The position numbers and the translations under genes are program-made. A DNA stretch of 63,081 nucleotides, filler included, from Octopus bimaculoides (taxonomy: Eukaryota): assembly GCF_001194135.2 (NCBI RefSeq). It is 5 parts of 4 records of this genome, joined end to end, with 100 filler letters (N's around TTAATTAATTAA, not from the genome) between each part and the next. Parts side by side here need not be neighbours in the genome. Positions count along the whole stretch, not along the records: positions 1 to 29,150 come from NC_068981.1; 4 more parts are not named here. The stretch is one strand, 5' to 3'. Below are positions 1 to 12,400 of this stretch, piece by piece. The notes under the pieces were generated by a model. That model had not been told where the DNA came from. It searched no databases and saw only the letters and a program-made list of their open reading frames with translations. Numbering within the stretch: position 1 is the first letter of the stretch; each line of letters opens with the position of its first letter.

Positions 1-98
1 CGTTCCATGACTTTGCTAATATGTGAAGTCAGAGAGATGGGCCTGTAGTTCCCAGCCTCTGCTCTGCTTCCACCTTTATGGATAGGACATATGGTGCC

Positions 99-104
99 TA
101 TATA

Positions 105-140
<36 letters not shown>

Positions 141-168
141 TGTATGTATGTATGTATGTATGTATGTA
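99..168. repeat. (TA)n/(TATG)n microsatellite
   Basis: Direct reading of the sequence. Confidence 0.95.
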
Positions 169-505
169 TAAACACGAGGTGCTACATAGAAACATGACTT
201 GTGCTTATATGCTATAATTTTTCAAAATCTCCCGCGCATGTGCGGTTAAATGAATAATATATAGTCTATTGACTAATTTTTTCTTCTCGCTAGACCACTG
301 GTAGCAAATAGAATTTCTAAATTTTTTTTTTTTGCTACCCTCAGATTTATTAATAATGATAAAATGTTTTTTTGGCTAATTTCTGGAAGTAGATCGGCAT
401 TTTTTGCATTTGCTACCGATAAAAAAAACCGCATATGCGCGGGAGATTTTGAAAAATTATAGGATATAAGCACAAGTCATGTTTCTATATAGTGCCTCGT
501 GTTTA
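169..505. mobile_element. MITE with ~77-bp terminal inverted repeats and TA at both ends (Tc1/mariner-type)
   Basis: 171-247 is the reverse complement of 427-503 with 5 mismatches (AACACGAGG...TGCGGTT). TA flanks both ends; the interior is non-coding. Confidence 0.85.
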
Positions 506-512
506 CATGTTA

Positions 513-606
513 ATCTTTGCTTCTCCGCTGATGATAGCTGTCCTTGCAAAATATTTTATTTTATTTTGCTAAATATAGCTTGAAACCATTGGTTCGGAAA
601 AGAGAT
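513..606 (+). ncRNA. Type I hammerhead ribozyme-like motif with extended stem II
   Basis: Core CTGATGA 528-534 and GAAA 582-585. Stem III ACC/GGT with ATT loop; GUU site (592-594). Stem I TCCG/CGGA extended by TTC/AAG and ATCT/AGAT. Stem II AGCTGT/ATAGCT plus GCAAAATA/TATTTTGC. U.U mismatch at the stem II base. Confidence 0.55.
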
Positions 607-766
607 GGTAATTGTTTTTATTTTTTATTCCCTTTCGAAATTATCCCTAATTGTGATGTGTAGTTTTGACTGCTCCTTCTATCAGGTTAGATGTCCTATT
701 ATGGACATTCCTAACACTTAATAACGTCCATTGATATATATATTATTAAATAACTCTGGGAGTGGG

Positions 767-1205
767 GAGGCGAGCTGGCAGAATCATTACCGCACTGGGA
801 AAAATTCTTAACCGTGTTCGGTTCACCTTTACGTCCTGAGTTCAAATGCCGCCGAGGTCGACTTTACCTTTTATCCTGGCGGGGTCAATAAAATATGTAG
901 CAGTAGAGTACTGGGGTCGATGTAATCGACTAACGCCCACACAGCCAACCACTAAACTGCTGGCGTTTTGTCTATAGCAGAAAGGAATATTAAATAACTC
1001 CAGGGCGGTAAGTTGGCAGAGTTGTTATCACGCCAGACAAAATGCTGAACAGCTTTACGTCTGTCTTCACATTCTGAATTCAAAATCAACTGAGGTCGAC
1101 TATACCTTCCATCTTTTTACAGGACTATTTGACCACTGGGGTCAATGTAATCGACTTACTCCAATTGTTGGCCTTATGCTAAAATTAGAAACCAATATCG
1201 AATAA
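767..1205 (+). mobile_element. Two tandem tRNA-derived SINE copies (family A)
   Basis: Head GGCGAGCTGGCAGAATC, B-box-like GAGTTCAAAT, body GAGGTCGACTTT...GGGGTCGATGTAATCGAC; the same family recurs across the window. Confidence 0.85.
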
Positions 1206-1667
1206 CTCAGTCGGTTTTCATCTCAGTCACTCAACCTTGATCCACATGAAGTTCGTATTCCTTTCAAAAACATTTTATTCTCCTCTAAATATTCATTTAA
1301 TCTAAGTTTGAAATCTTTTATGCGTAAGCAGACTAAGTCCACATGGTTTAACAGATTTCAACATTTCAACATAAGTATCTGTGATTTTTAAGACATTTTC
1401 TGTAGTCTTAATTTCTTTGTTTTTTAGCTAATCAATTATACCATATCTAAACAGTTGTATGTATTCCCAGCATAATAAACATTTTACTTCTTAAAAGATT
1501 GTATTAGTTTCAAAAGTACTTTTGTACAATTCTACATATATATGAAGACATATACAGTAAGACATATATGAAGACATATATAGTAATTCAAGGGAGGCAT
1601 TAGCTAAAACATTTGCTGTTTCTAAATTTCAGAGATATAGAATCTGATTGAAATTTTCTTGACTCAT

Positions 1668-1880
1668 CTTGTTACTTATTTCAGCCATTTGACTGCGACC
1701 ATGCTTTGGCACGCCCTTGAATGGTTTTTAATGGAACAAATCGACCCCAGGGACTTTTTTTTTAAGCCTAGGACTACTTTATAGGTGTATTTTACCGAAC
1801 CACTAAGCTAGAGTGACCTAAATACACCAACAACTGTTTTCAAGTGGTGAACAAACAGAAACAGAAAGACACACACACAC
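1668..1880 (-). mobile_element. SINE family B, 3' half
   Basis: TTTCAGCCATTTGACTGCGACCATGCT...AATCGACCCCAG matches the reverse of the family B tail. Confidence 0.75.
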
Positions 1881-1884
1881 GAAC

Positions 1885-1886
1885 AC

Positions 1887-1944
<58 letters not shown>

Positions 1945-1960
1945 GCACAGACAGACAGAC

Positions 1961-1998
<38 letters not shown>

Positions 1999-2020
1999 TT
2001 AGATAGATAGACAGATAGAT
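1885..2020. repeat. (TAGA)n/(CAGA)n compound microsatellite
   Basis: Direct reading. Confidence 0.95.
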
Positions 2021-2551
2021 CAAAATAGTTTGATTCAAACTCCTTGGTAATCTGCGTTTCCAGCGTGAGGCTAGTCTTCGGCTATTGGGGTCTGAATGAG
2101 AGTTCGATTGAAGAGATTCAATGTATATCGCTGGACATTAGCTTGCGATTGGTCGAGAAAGGTCACGCAGTATAGCAGTTGTCGGTATTTCAGCAACAAT
2201 AATTAGTTGGAAAATATCGCATGGTGACAGGAAATTGACCACGTGGTGGACAAGAAATCGGTCATGTTAGTAGGGGGGGGGGCAAGTAGGAAGGGGCAGT
2301 AGATGTGGGGGTATATATGTATATACGTACATGTATATGCCCATATACCTGCGTGTATGCATCCGTACTTATACGAGTGTGTATGTGCGTACATCCACAT
2401 AACCGTGCGCGTGCGCGCGCATACACATGTGCGCACACATATACACGAACAAACAGACACATACACATGCGTACGCACCTCTATCTCCATATACATATGC
2501 ACATGAGCATACGCACACGCGCGAGCACACCAGTTTACACGTATATGTATA

Positions 2552-2596
<45 letters not shown>

Positions 2597-3699
2597 GATG
2601 CTTCTGTGCATACGTGTATCACTATATATCTGGAATAAATTGTCATACGTTTCGGCGAAGTTTTTAACTTACTACTGAATTCAATCCTCTGTATGAAATG
2701 TAGCAAATCAGTTTAATATTATGCCGTTTGCATAGATAACTGCGTATGTTTAGCTATACATTTGGTAGGGTGGGATCTGAATATGTATACTTTATACGAA
2801 ATATCTAATCCGAAATATTTATTCAGCAAATAATATAATTTTCTAACAGATCAATATTTAGATATATATGCCAACCATATGAATCTACGATCTCAATTAA
2901 AATACCGTGCATTTTAATTTATAATTAAATATTTACCAATTATGTTGGCATATCAGATCAATTGCAAAGCAGAGCACATAGAGAGAAATGTCCTGCACAT
3001 GCGCAGTGAATTATAATTATTGAACTAGAAATACACAAATAAACCAAAATTTTCTCATACTGGTCAATAATTAGAAACTTGTACACATAGCCAAACACGC
3101 GCACGTAAATGTGTGCGTATTTATGTGTGTGTATATATATATATATNNNNNNNNNNNNNNNNNNNNNNNNNNNNNNNNNNNNNNNNNNNNNNNNNNNNNN
3201 NNNNNNNNNNNNNNNNNNNNNNNNNNNNNNNNNNNNNNNNNNNNNNNNNNNNNNNNNNNNNNNNNNNNNNNNNNNNNNNNNNNNNNNNNNNNNNNNNNNN
3301 NNNNNNNNNNNNNNNNNNNNNNNNNNNNNNNNNNNNNNNNNNNNNNNNNNNNNNNNNNNNNNNNNNNNNNNNNNNNNNNNNNNNNNNNNNNNNNNNNNNN
3401 NNNNNNNNNNNNNNNNNNNNNNNNNNNNNNNNNNNNNNNNNNNNNNNNNNNNNNNNNNNNNNNNNNNNNNNNNNNNNNNNNNNNNNNNNNNNNNNNNNNN
3501 NNNNNNNNNNNNNNNNNNNNNNNNNNNNNNNNNNNNNNNNNNNNNNNNNNNNNNNNNNNNNNNNNNNNNNNNNNNNNNNNNNNNNNNNNNNNNNNNNNNN
3601 NNNNNNNNNNNNNNNNNNNNNNNNNNNNNNNACGTAATTCAAAAACACGTGTATTTTTTGTCTAGCTTATTTAGTAACTAAAATACAGGTACAGATTAT

Positions 3700-3862
3700 A
3701 AACAATGAAAGACTGATTTTGGTGATTCATTTGACAGAGGTAGTAGAGAGCCAATCCGATGATAAATCTGACCTTGAATCTTGAAAGTTTGCCTGAATTC
3801 TGGCTCAGTTAAATCTCTTGTGGCTCCAAATGATGTCATCTGTAGTGCAATGTTGTATTACT
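3700..3862 (-). mobile_element. Helitron RepHel fragment (downstream part)
   Basis: Minus strand reads YNIALQMTSFGATRDLTEPEFRQTFKIQGQIYHRIGSLLPLSNESPK, matching the Helitron YN..FQMTSFG...FKIQGQIYHRIGSLLP motif. Confidence 0.9.
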
Positions 3863-3865
3863 TTT

Positions 3866-4227
3866 TTGCCCTTTTATTAGTTTCAGTCATTTGACTGCAG
3901 CCATGCTGGAGCACCGCCTTTAGTCGAAGAAAATTACCCCAGAACTTATTCTTTATACTTACTAGTACTTACTCCATCGGTCACTTTTGCTGCACCGCTA
4001 GGTTACGGGAACGTAAACACACCAGCATTGGTTGTCAAGTGATGGTGGGTTTACACAGACACACAAGCACACACACATATATACATATATATATACACGA
4101 TGGGCTTCTTTCAGTTTCCCAATACCAAATCCACTCACAAGGCTTTGGTTGGCCCGAGGCTATAGTAGAAGACACTTAACCCAAGGTGCCACACAGTGGG
4201 GCTGAACCCGGAACCACACAGCCACAC
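3866..4227 (-). mobile_element. Near-full-length SINE family B inserted in the Helitron
   Basis: Head GTGGCTGTGTGG..CCGGGTTCAGCCCCACTG, body CCTTGG..GTGTCTTCTACTATAGCC, tail GGTGCTCCAGCATGGCTGCAGTCAAATGACTGAAAC. Confidence 0.9.
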
Positions 4228-4707
4228 CTAATTTTGTTTTGGAAGTGCTTAGAATCTTGGTCAATTGATGACAATAGTTTCTTCAATGGTTCTGGAGGTT
4301 GGAGGACTGACAGGAGTTTAACCTCTCTACCACTGCAGCACAGTGCAGTTCTCTCTCCAAGCCACTTCCTTGCTTTATAATGTATGCACTCAGTAGTCAT
4401 TGCACCAATGGAAATTCTAGTGTCATTTGCATAAGGAACTGCTGGATCATAATTGAAAGCTGCTTCATGAAATTTGCTTTTCTGAGCTGATGCAGCTGCT
4501 CTTCGTTCTGCAGTAGAGATCCTATTCCTTATCAGCCGTGCATACCTTTGTTCACCACTTTGAGATGCTCTGGATTTTGTAGTTGCACCGTCTATTCATT
4601 TCTTGAAGTGCTTCCCTTTCTGCAGCTGTCTCTCTTTCCTTTGACAGGAACATTCTTTTGGCTGACTTTGACATTATAGACGAATTTGACACTTTCCTTC
4701 TAGGCAT
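4228..4707 (-). mobile_element. Helitron RepHel 5' fragment (degenerate)
   Basis: MPRRKVSNSS... then HEAAFNYDPAVPYANDTRISIGAMTTECIHYKARKW...CCSGREVKL..LQPPEPLKKLLSSIDQDSKHFQNKIR, the typical Helitron N-terminal Cys-rich region. The non-coding 5' part probably extends beyond 5000. Confidence 0.88.
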
Positions 4708-5269
4708 AGTTATATACGTATACATAAATACACGGCTGCAGAAGATAGTGAACAATAAAAATAACTGGGTAACGGAAATTATATTTTTTTATATGAAGGG
4801 CAGAAAGTAAATAACAAATTTTTACGGAAAATAAAATACTGTGCGGGTTGAAGCGAAATTTGTCAGTGAACCAAAGAGCCAGTATCGAAGGAACCAGAAA
4901 ATAGCCGTTAACATCAGAAAAACACAAAACCGTTGAACTCAGTAATTCCGTCAACAACAAAAGACACAAAACCTCGCAAATGTAAATAAGAAATGTGTAG
5001 GCAAATTTAACGAAGTGTACGGATTGAAGTAACATTTATGAAGTTACTTCTGTCAGTAAATTATGTATGAAATTACTTTCATCAATAATTTTGAACTTCT
5101 TTCTCTCTGTAATTTGTCGTTGTCGTTTGTAAATAGCGATAGAAAACTTAAAGTGAAAACAATAGCAATTGAACTTGAAGACAATAGCGTCTTAAAAATG
5201 AAAGGGAAAACAATAGAGAGTGAGTGAGATATAGAGAGTGGGGGAGAAAGAGTTAGCTTGTTAAACAAA

Positions 5270-5312
5270 TAAGATAGAGATAGATAGATATAATATAAAC
5301 AGATTGATACAG

Positions 5313-5379
<67 letters not shown>

Positions 5380-5382
5380 TAT
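5270..5382. repeat. (GATA)n/(GA)n microsatellite
   Basis: Direct reading. Confidence 0.9.
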
Positions 5383-5600
5383 AGACGTCAGTGGCGCTAG
5401 AAAACCGGAAGTAAACATTTTAAAAAAACTTTCAAAAATGTGAACCTAATATAAAAAGCAATATTTTAAAAATTTTTTATGACCAATAGACGTGAAGGAG
5501 ACAATCAGTTTCTGAAAGTTACTTCGTAAAGGGTTAGCTCTGTTCTCCACATATCCCAGGAAAACTTTTAAGAGTCTAAAACCATTCCTGGCACATAAGT

Positions 5601-5979
5601 CATGTATGTTCCCAGTTTGGATCCATAAAACCCTTAGGGGTCCATGTAAGATTTTTAGGAGTCCACACTGGCGAAATAGTAATTAGAGGATCCACATTAA
5701 AGGCCCATGAGGATCCACATTAAAGCACATTAAAGGCCCATGAATTAAAGGCCCATGAAAAATGTTTGATTCAGAGGTATTTATTGCAAGAAACAGCTAG
5801 ATTTCTTTCTCTGCCGTTTTATATAGTTCAGCCTACACGAGTGAATGGTGAAAAGCAAAAGAGGAATTTTGAAAGTATCTATAAAATTCGTTTATAAACA
5901 TCGAATGGCTGTGGAAGTCCACCGGGATAAAATAGTATTCAAAGAGGTCTATGCGTAAAAAAATAGCTGAGTACCACTG
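5601..5979. mobile_element. Degenerate hAT-like MITE
   Basis: The right end GCTGAGTACCACTG resembles the GGTTGAGAACCACTG terminus; internal GGGGTCCAT/GTCCAC motifs recur. The left end is decayed. Confidence 0.4.
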
Positions 5980-7954
5980 GTGTAACGGATGCCGAACAAA
6001 CAAAACTGAAAATAGTTATAGATGTGATTTAAAACTATTCGACTAAAGTGTACATAAATGTAAAAATAGAAAATATCTTATTAAATCAACGTAGAGAATT
6101 ATTAAGCAAGAGAAAACAAGGAGCATGGAAAACGTTTTTGAATGACAGAATCAGAGAATCTGAAATCAAATCAATGAAGTATTTTTTATATAAATACTTA
6201 ATACATTAGTGGATAAATATAGGTTTGGTATTTATGTCGAAGTTGGGGAAATTAACGGAAGTCCCTCTAAATTTAGAATCGCAAAATTATTACTGTAGTC
6301 GGCCTGAAGATACTGGCATACTTGGAAGTAGGAGCTATACTATCCCGCTGTGAAGAATCAGAATGCCGAGCAAGTTTTCAAATCTCCGATGGGAGAGTGT
6401 GGAAAGAGATCTTTCTTTACTCGCACGGATACAGCTATTGATATATTGAAATAACCCTATATTTTTGGTAAACCCCCGCCCGCAATGACCTATATTTATG
6501 TGGAAGTACAAACAAGTGGGAAAATGAATAAAAATACATTAAACGCTCAAATATATATAACTGAAATATATATATCGACATATGCAAATAAGTTTTTACT
6601 TATGAAGATAAAATCAAAGAAACCAACATGTATGTTTGCATACACAAATATAAATTTCATGTTATATTGTATCGTTATCGTAGGTGTTATTAAAAGAGGT
6701 TTATAGACATACCAAAAGGAAACCTTTGTGTACAAATGTATAGAAATGTTGGAAGTGTGTATAGCATACGACAAAAGTCGATTCATGCTATACGTGGAAT
6801 AATCAGTAATCATATATCAAAATAGTAACCGAAGTACCCGATTTATATATTTACATATATTCAAAGGCAGGTGTCAAAGTATATAGATGGATATTCTTTA
6901 TAAACGTATTGTTGTTACAGTATATGCATTCAACATACATATATGTATAAACACAAGCAAAAACATCTCTTCAGCAATAGGAATGTGTTTGAGTGAATAT
7001 TCATACATATATACACATGCATATATTGTAGTGCGAATTATTATATATTTCCCGTAAACTAAGTAAGCACAAAGATAAACCGAATATGAATAATAGACGC
7101 AACCGTTATAATCCTTGTAATACTATGCTCAACTGTACTTGGCTAAAGAAATTTTTTGTACATGTTTAGCTAAAATACAAAAATCTAAGATGTTTGCTAG
7201 ATGTCACGTGACTTCACTATCAGTTACTTATGGAGTTTGAAATATTACAGTATATGAAAAAAGCTGGCTAAGAACATTGTTGTTACGGCTAGTTTGACTC
7301 GAGCTAAAAACTCCTCTCTGATTTCTGAACATGCAAATTTATTTGCTAAAGAACATTTGTTAAATAAAAGAAATAGAGTGTAGTTTCTTGCAAGCTAGAG
7401 ATTTCATAAAAAATTATTTATCAAATACATTATGGCCAGACCTAATGATTAATTTTCTAAATTTCACGGTTTAGTTAGTTTATATGTTGATTTACATTGC
7501 ATTTATCTCTCTTTCCGTCTAATTAATATTCCTATGGTTTGATTCAGCTTCCTAATAATTGAATTGATATACCCGTGTGGGTTTCCTCTATTCTTTCATG
7601 TAAGTAAAATTACCCTTTAGATCGCAGACTTATATGTGCAGATGTCTCTTGTTCCTTGTTTGGATTTATATCATTGTAGCTTGGATTTATATCATTGTAG
7701 CTTGGATTAGTATACTGTAAGTTAATGTATGTATGTATTAAAGAATGCTTTGAAGCAGGTAGAGTTTATTCAAATATACTTGAATATCTTATATTATTAC
7801 CAGTAATTTCGTTTTCACAGATATGCATATATTTCAATCTCAAGTTATTTAAATGTCTCTACATACATTACATTCCGACTGGACTAACAAAGGTAACAGG
7901 TCAATGCAGAAAAGAGTAGGGATCACGGGAAACACTATAGTCATAGAACGGATT

Positions 7955-9284
7955 ATACTAGGTGTCTTAGAAAATATTAGAAAATACTAATTATGCCAGT
8001 ACACCACTAAGCTCCGCTAGGAATTAAGAGATAACTATAACCGTCAGAACTGCTATAGAATAACATTTCAACGGAAATTGTGTTGGAAACAACGTATTGT
8101 CAAATAAATTCGTTCGTTTTGTCTTTTTTCCCTCTACATTTCATCAACGATTTTAACAGGTAAGTTAATAATATATTCTTCTTCGCAGTTCACGGCTCCT
8201 TTCTAACGTTCCACTTATATTTTCTCGAAGACTTGAAAGTCGAAATCAATGGGTCGGCTGCTTTTATATCTAAATTATAACACTGGGTAACATTTTCGAA
8301 AAAAATGTTTATTGTCTTGATTTTATAATTAGTCCTTCCTAATTTGATGGTGCTGCGTCAAGAAATGTCTTCAGAAAATTTCGGCTCGACGTTTTCTTGA
8401 AGGAAACACATCGCAGACCGAAAAATATGTCAATTTGGCAGGAGAAGGCGGTGGCTAAATTTCAGCAGCATTACCTTTGAGCCGATGCATTTGCTGAACG
8501 TAAAACTCTGCATTGAACGTATGTGTTTTCAAGCATCACGTGGATTAGTTCTTCACAGTCTCACTAAACACAGATCATTTTTGTATGGTTGCAACTCTGC
8601 CTTGGCTGAAGGTGTTGATTACTTGTCGTGACACAGACATTCTTTCCTTTGTTTCATATTGCCGTGAAGACATCACTGTTCTTCGCCGGTGACGATACGG
8701 TAAAGAAATCTGTTTGTGTCCACGAGTAACTTAGTGTCACGCAAGCAAACTGGTAGCGATAGGGGAGTACAGGAATTTAACTCGTTCGTTCAGAGCGTGT
8801 GGCACCGTGCATCGATTTTTGAATTATACTCATCGATTGAAGATGAATGGCAACGATATCGTGAGAGTATCCAGTGTGCTGGATCAATTCCTAGTGGATT
8901 GGCGCGGATCCTCGCGGATGATCTCGGTCAAACAATCCTCTTTGAACTGAATAGATCCGCTGGGATGAGGTGAGGCTGTCCGATTGTCTCTCCTTAAATT
9001 CCACAGTTCTTTCAGTAATGGTGCCTTCTATCTACACAACACAGTATGCCGCTTTCTATTTACATAATACAGATGTCCCGAAACTTTATAACCTTGACTG
9101 AAAGCGAAGAGAAACAGATGTCAAAAATGCTATTTTTTTCAACTTGGTACTCCTTAGTCGTAGATAAGAAAAAAGACAAACTTATTTCCACTTCAAAAGT
9201 AATGGCCCTACACACAAAAAAAAATTTCGTGTTAATTCAAATATCATTTGAGAGGTACAAATGAATTTATAACACAACCCAATA
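7955..9284 (-). mobile_element. Near-full-length (~1.3 kb) mariner transposon fossil
   Basis: Minus strand gives IIREDPRQST, (W>T)VPHAL and FLYRIVTGEEQ* (consensus RIVTGDEKW), with many stops. TIR-like TATTGGGTTG at 9284-9275; a possible left TIR near 7956. Confidence 0.85.
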
Positions 9285-9693
9285 ACATAAACTGAGCAAA
9301 CTAAGGCTAGTAGTATATACTATATTAGAACTACTATGGTGAACTATGTGAAGGAGAGCATTTCGATGCACAAAACATCCTCTAAACCTAGACGTAAATT
9401 CTCAACCTTCCTCGAAGAATATACTTGTAATTTAAAATCCGGATTCTTTATTATTTAGTTTAATTTAGGGAAGTAAGCCGTGCTTATGACTTGTGTATAC
9501 GGGAGGCGTTGGTGATTATCCTTACCAACACTAGACATTTGTTAAGTAAGTGAACTGGGGATATGCTGTAAGCATAACACAAAATGGACATTTTGATATT
9601 ATGGTATTGATAACCTAACCTATAATGTTGTAAGCTATCTTACTATAATCCTTTAGCTGAGCACAATAGTACTACTACTACTACTACTACTAA

Positions 9694-10625
9694 AGCGGTG
9701 AGCTGGCAAAATTATTAGCAAGCCTAGAAAAATGCTGAACGGCATTTTATATGTCCTTACGTTCTGAGTTCAAATTCCACTGAGATCGATTTTACCTTTT
9801 ATCATTCCGGAGTCAATAAAATAAGTACTGATTGAGCACTGTGGTAGTTTTAATTGACTCACTCTCCCCACTGAATTTGCTAAACTTGTACAAAAATGTT
9901 AAACCATCATTACTACTACTACTACTACTACTACCACTACTACTACTACTAAGGCATTGAGATGGTAGAATCGTTTGCAAGCCGGACAAAATGCTCAGCA
10001 GCGTTTCGTCCATCTTACATTCTGAGTTCAAATTTCACCAAGGTTGACTTTGCCTTTCATCCTTCCGGGGTCTATAAAATAACTACCAATTGAGCACTGG
10101 GGTCTAATGTAGTCGACTACCCCTTCCTCCAAATGTCAGCCCTTGTGCCTATAGTAGAAAGGAATATTATTAGAAAAATAAAGAGGTGAGCTGGAAGAAT
10201 CACTAGCAAGCCGAGCAAAGTGCTAAGCAGCATTTCGTCCATCATTATGTTCTGAGTTCAAATTCCACCAAGGTCGACTTTACCTTTCATCCTTTCGGAG
10301 TCGATTAAATAAGTAGCAGTTACGTACTGGGGTCGATGTAATCGACTAGACCCCTCCCAAAACTTTCAGGCTTTGTGCCTTTAGTAGAAAGGATTTTTAT
10401 TATTGACGAGCTGGCAGAATCGTTCGCATGCCGGGCAAAATGCTTAGTGGTATTTCGTTTGTCCTACGTTCTGAGTTCAAATTTCGCCGAAGTCGACAAT
10501 GACTTTTATCCTTTCAGAGCAGATAAATTAAGTACCAGTGAAGCAGTGGGGTTGAAGTAATAGACTAGTACCCTCCACCAAAATTTCAGGCCTTGTGCCT
10601 TTAATAGAAAGGATTATTATTATTA
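9694..10625 (+). mobile_element. Four head-to-tail SINE family A copies
   Basis: Heads near 9694, 9950, 10185 and 10405, each with GTTCTGAGTTCAAATT and the CCTTTCATCC..GGTC body, ending in AGAAAGGATTATT or (TAC)n tails. Confidence 0.9.
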
Positions 10626-11261
10626 TTAGCGATTTGAAATAATTCATTTAATCATTTCCATACAAGCAAGAACACTAGCGTGCATGCTAAAATAGAGTTA
10701 AAAACACAACTCTGTACCAAAACTGCGTTCACAATCCTGTATTCTTTGATGAGATGGAATTAAGTTATATTGCTGGGACAGCGTCTGAATAAATTTGAAA
10801 AGGGCCTTAGGATAAGAATTTTTGATTAGGTTTAGGGTCAGAGTTGGATGTAAATAAAACACAAGATCAAAAGATTTGAATTTGCGAAAATCTTTCTGCA
10901 CAAGTGGAATTGCTAATATTTATACATGGAAATTTGAAAACAATTTTTCTTAACAAGTATTTATATTATACGCTTATTTCCAAACCCGTTGGGTGTTTAT
11001 CAAGAGCAAACTCTCCGTGTGTTTATTCTGGCAGTGTTTATAAATTTTACTATAATTTAAATTGATTTCTTCGTGATGTTAGCGTTAATTTCCTGGCTCT
11101 TCAACCCCCGGAAATACCGGATATTTAGTCTGCTACATACACACGCACACTCATACAACGCCCACATATGGTCACACATACTCACGCACAAGCACACACG
11201 CACACAACACACATATACACACTACACGCAGACACAAACGCACACACACGCACACACATGG

Positions 11262-11321
<60 letters not shown>

Positions 11322-11949
11322 CAGCAATAGATATGTAATTTTATAAATGTCTAAATATGCTTTGACACCTGCCTAACAGAACATTACTCAGTGAAAAAGG
11401 CAAAAGTAGGTGCCAGTGTAAGACTGTCAAGTCACTTATTTAGCCAAATATTTTCTATTATAGATACACATATGTTTGTGTGCTTATGTGTCTTCTTCTG
11501 TGCATGTATTTCTGTAAAAATATCTATACAATAAAATATCTCCAAATATATTCTAGCGACCATCAGGGAACGTCTAGTAAGTTTACAAATTCTCCATATT
11601 CACTCAGCAAAAATAGTATCCAATTTGAAACCATAGTATATGCATCCATATACACAATGCGTATCAATGTGTACCGGTGCGTGCGTGCGAGTGTGTGTTT
11701 GCATGTGTGTTTCGTGTTCGTGTGTGTGTGTGTGTCGGTGTGGGTGAAGAGTTTTTTGTACATGATAGGATATGGAAATGTGTGTGTGCAGTAGATATGT
11801 ATGTAGTGTGAGGGGGGAAAGTTATATATATGGGTGCGTGGAAGTTATATATATGGGTGTGTGGAAGTGTGTGGAAGATAATTCAAAACAAAATTGGTAA
11901 ATAATAAGAAGTACAAAATAAAATAATATATAAAAATGTAAAATGGAAA

Positions 11950-12400
11950 TGCGAGGGAAACAAATTGGAAGTTGTTACAAGAAGGAGTTGGGATGTTAAG
12001 TCCGAATGGTGTATGAGTTCGTAGTGTGAAAATGCACCGTTACTCCTGGCGAAATCTGGTGATTGTGGTTCCATGGTGTAATGCCAGGCTGAAGACAGGG
12101 AGGTTTTCAAAAGTGACGGGCTACTGGAGAATTTTTTTTTTTTTTTTTTGGAAGCCGACACCTTGTAAATTTTCAGTAAGTCTGTCGGCTAGACAGTGGC
12201 CAGGCTGTACAACATATGAGTCGCAAAAGGTAAATTTGAGGCAATAGATGATGTTAGAAGAGGTAGATAAGAACGAGTCCCTGGTGTGAATAGTGTGTTA
12301 ATTGGCTCCATTGCGGAATGTTGTGTCGGTGGTGAATGGATGGGTGTGGCAGCGGGATCTAGAAAGTAAGAGAGAACAGCAGTAAGGTAATGAAAATTAG
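11950..12400 (-). mobile_element. Highly decayed LINE-like fragment (L2/CR1-like, tentative)
   Basis: Non-microsatellite, GC-richer tract with weak resemblance to an L2/CR1 ORF2 C-terminus; no diagnostic motif. Confidence 0.25.

Noticed and set aside
9694-10625. CRISPR-like repeat/spacer periodicity
   Set aside because: The ~230-bp units are diverged SINEs in eukaryotic DNA; no short identical repeats or cas genes.
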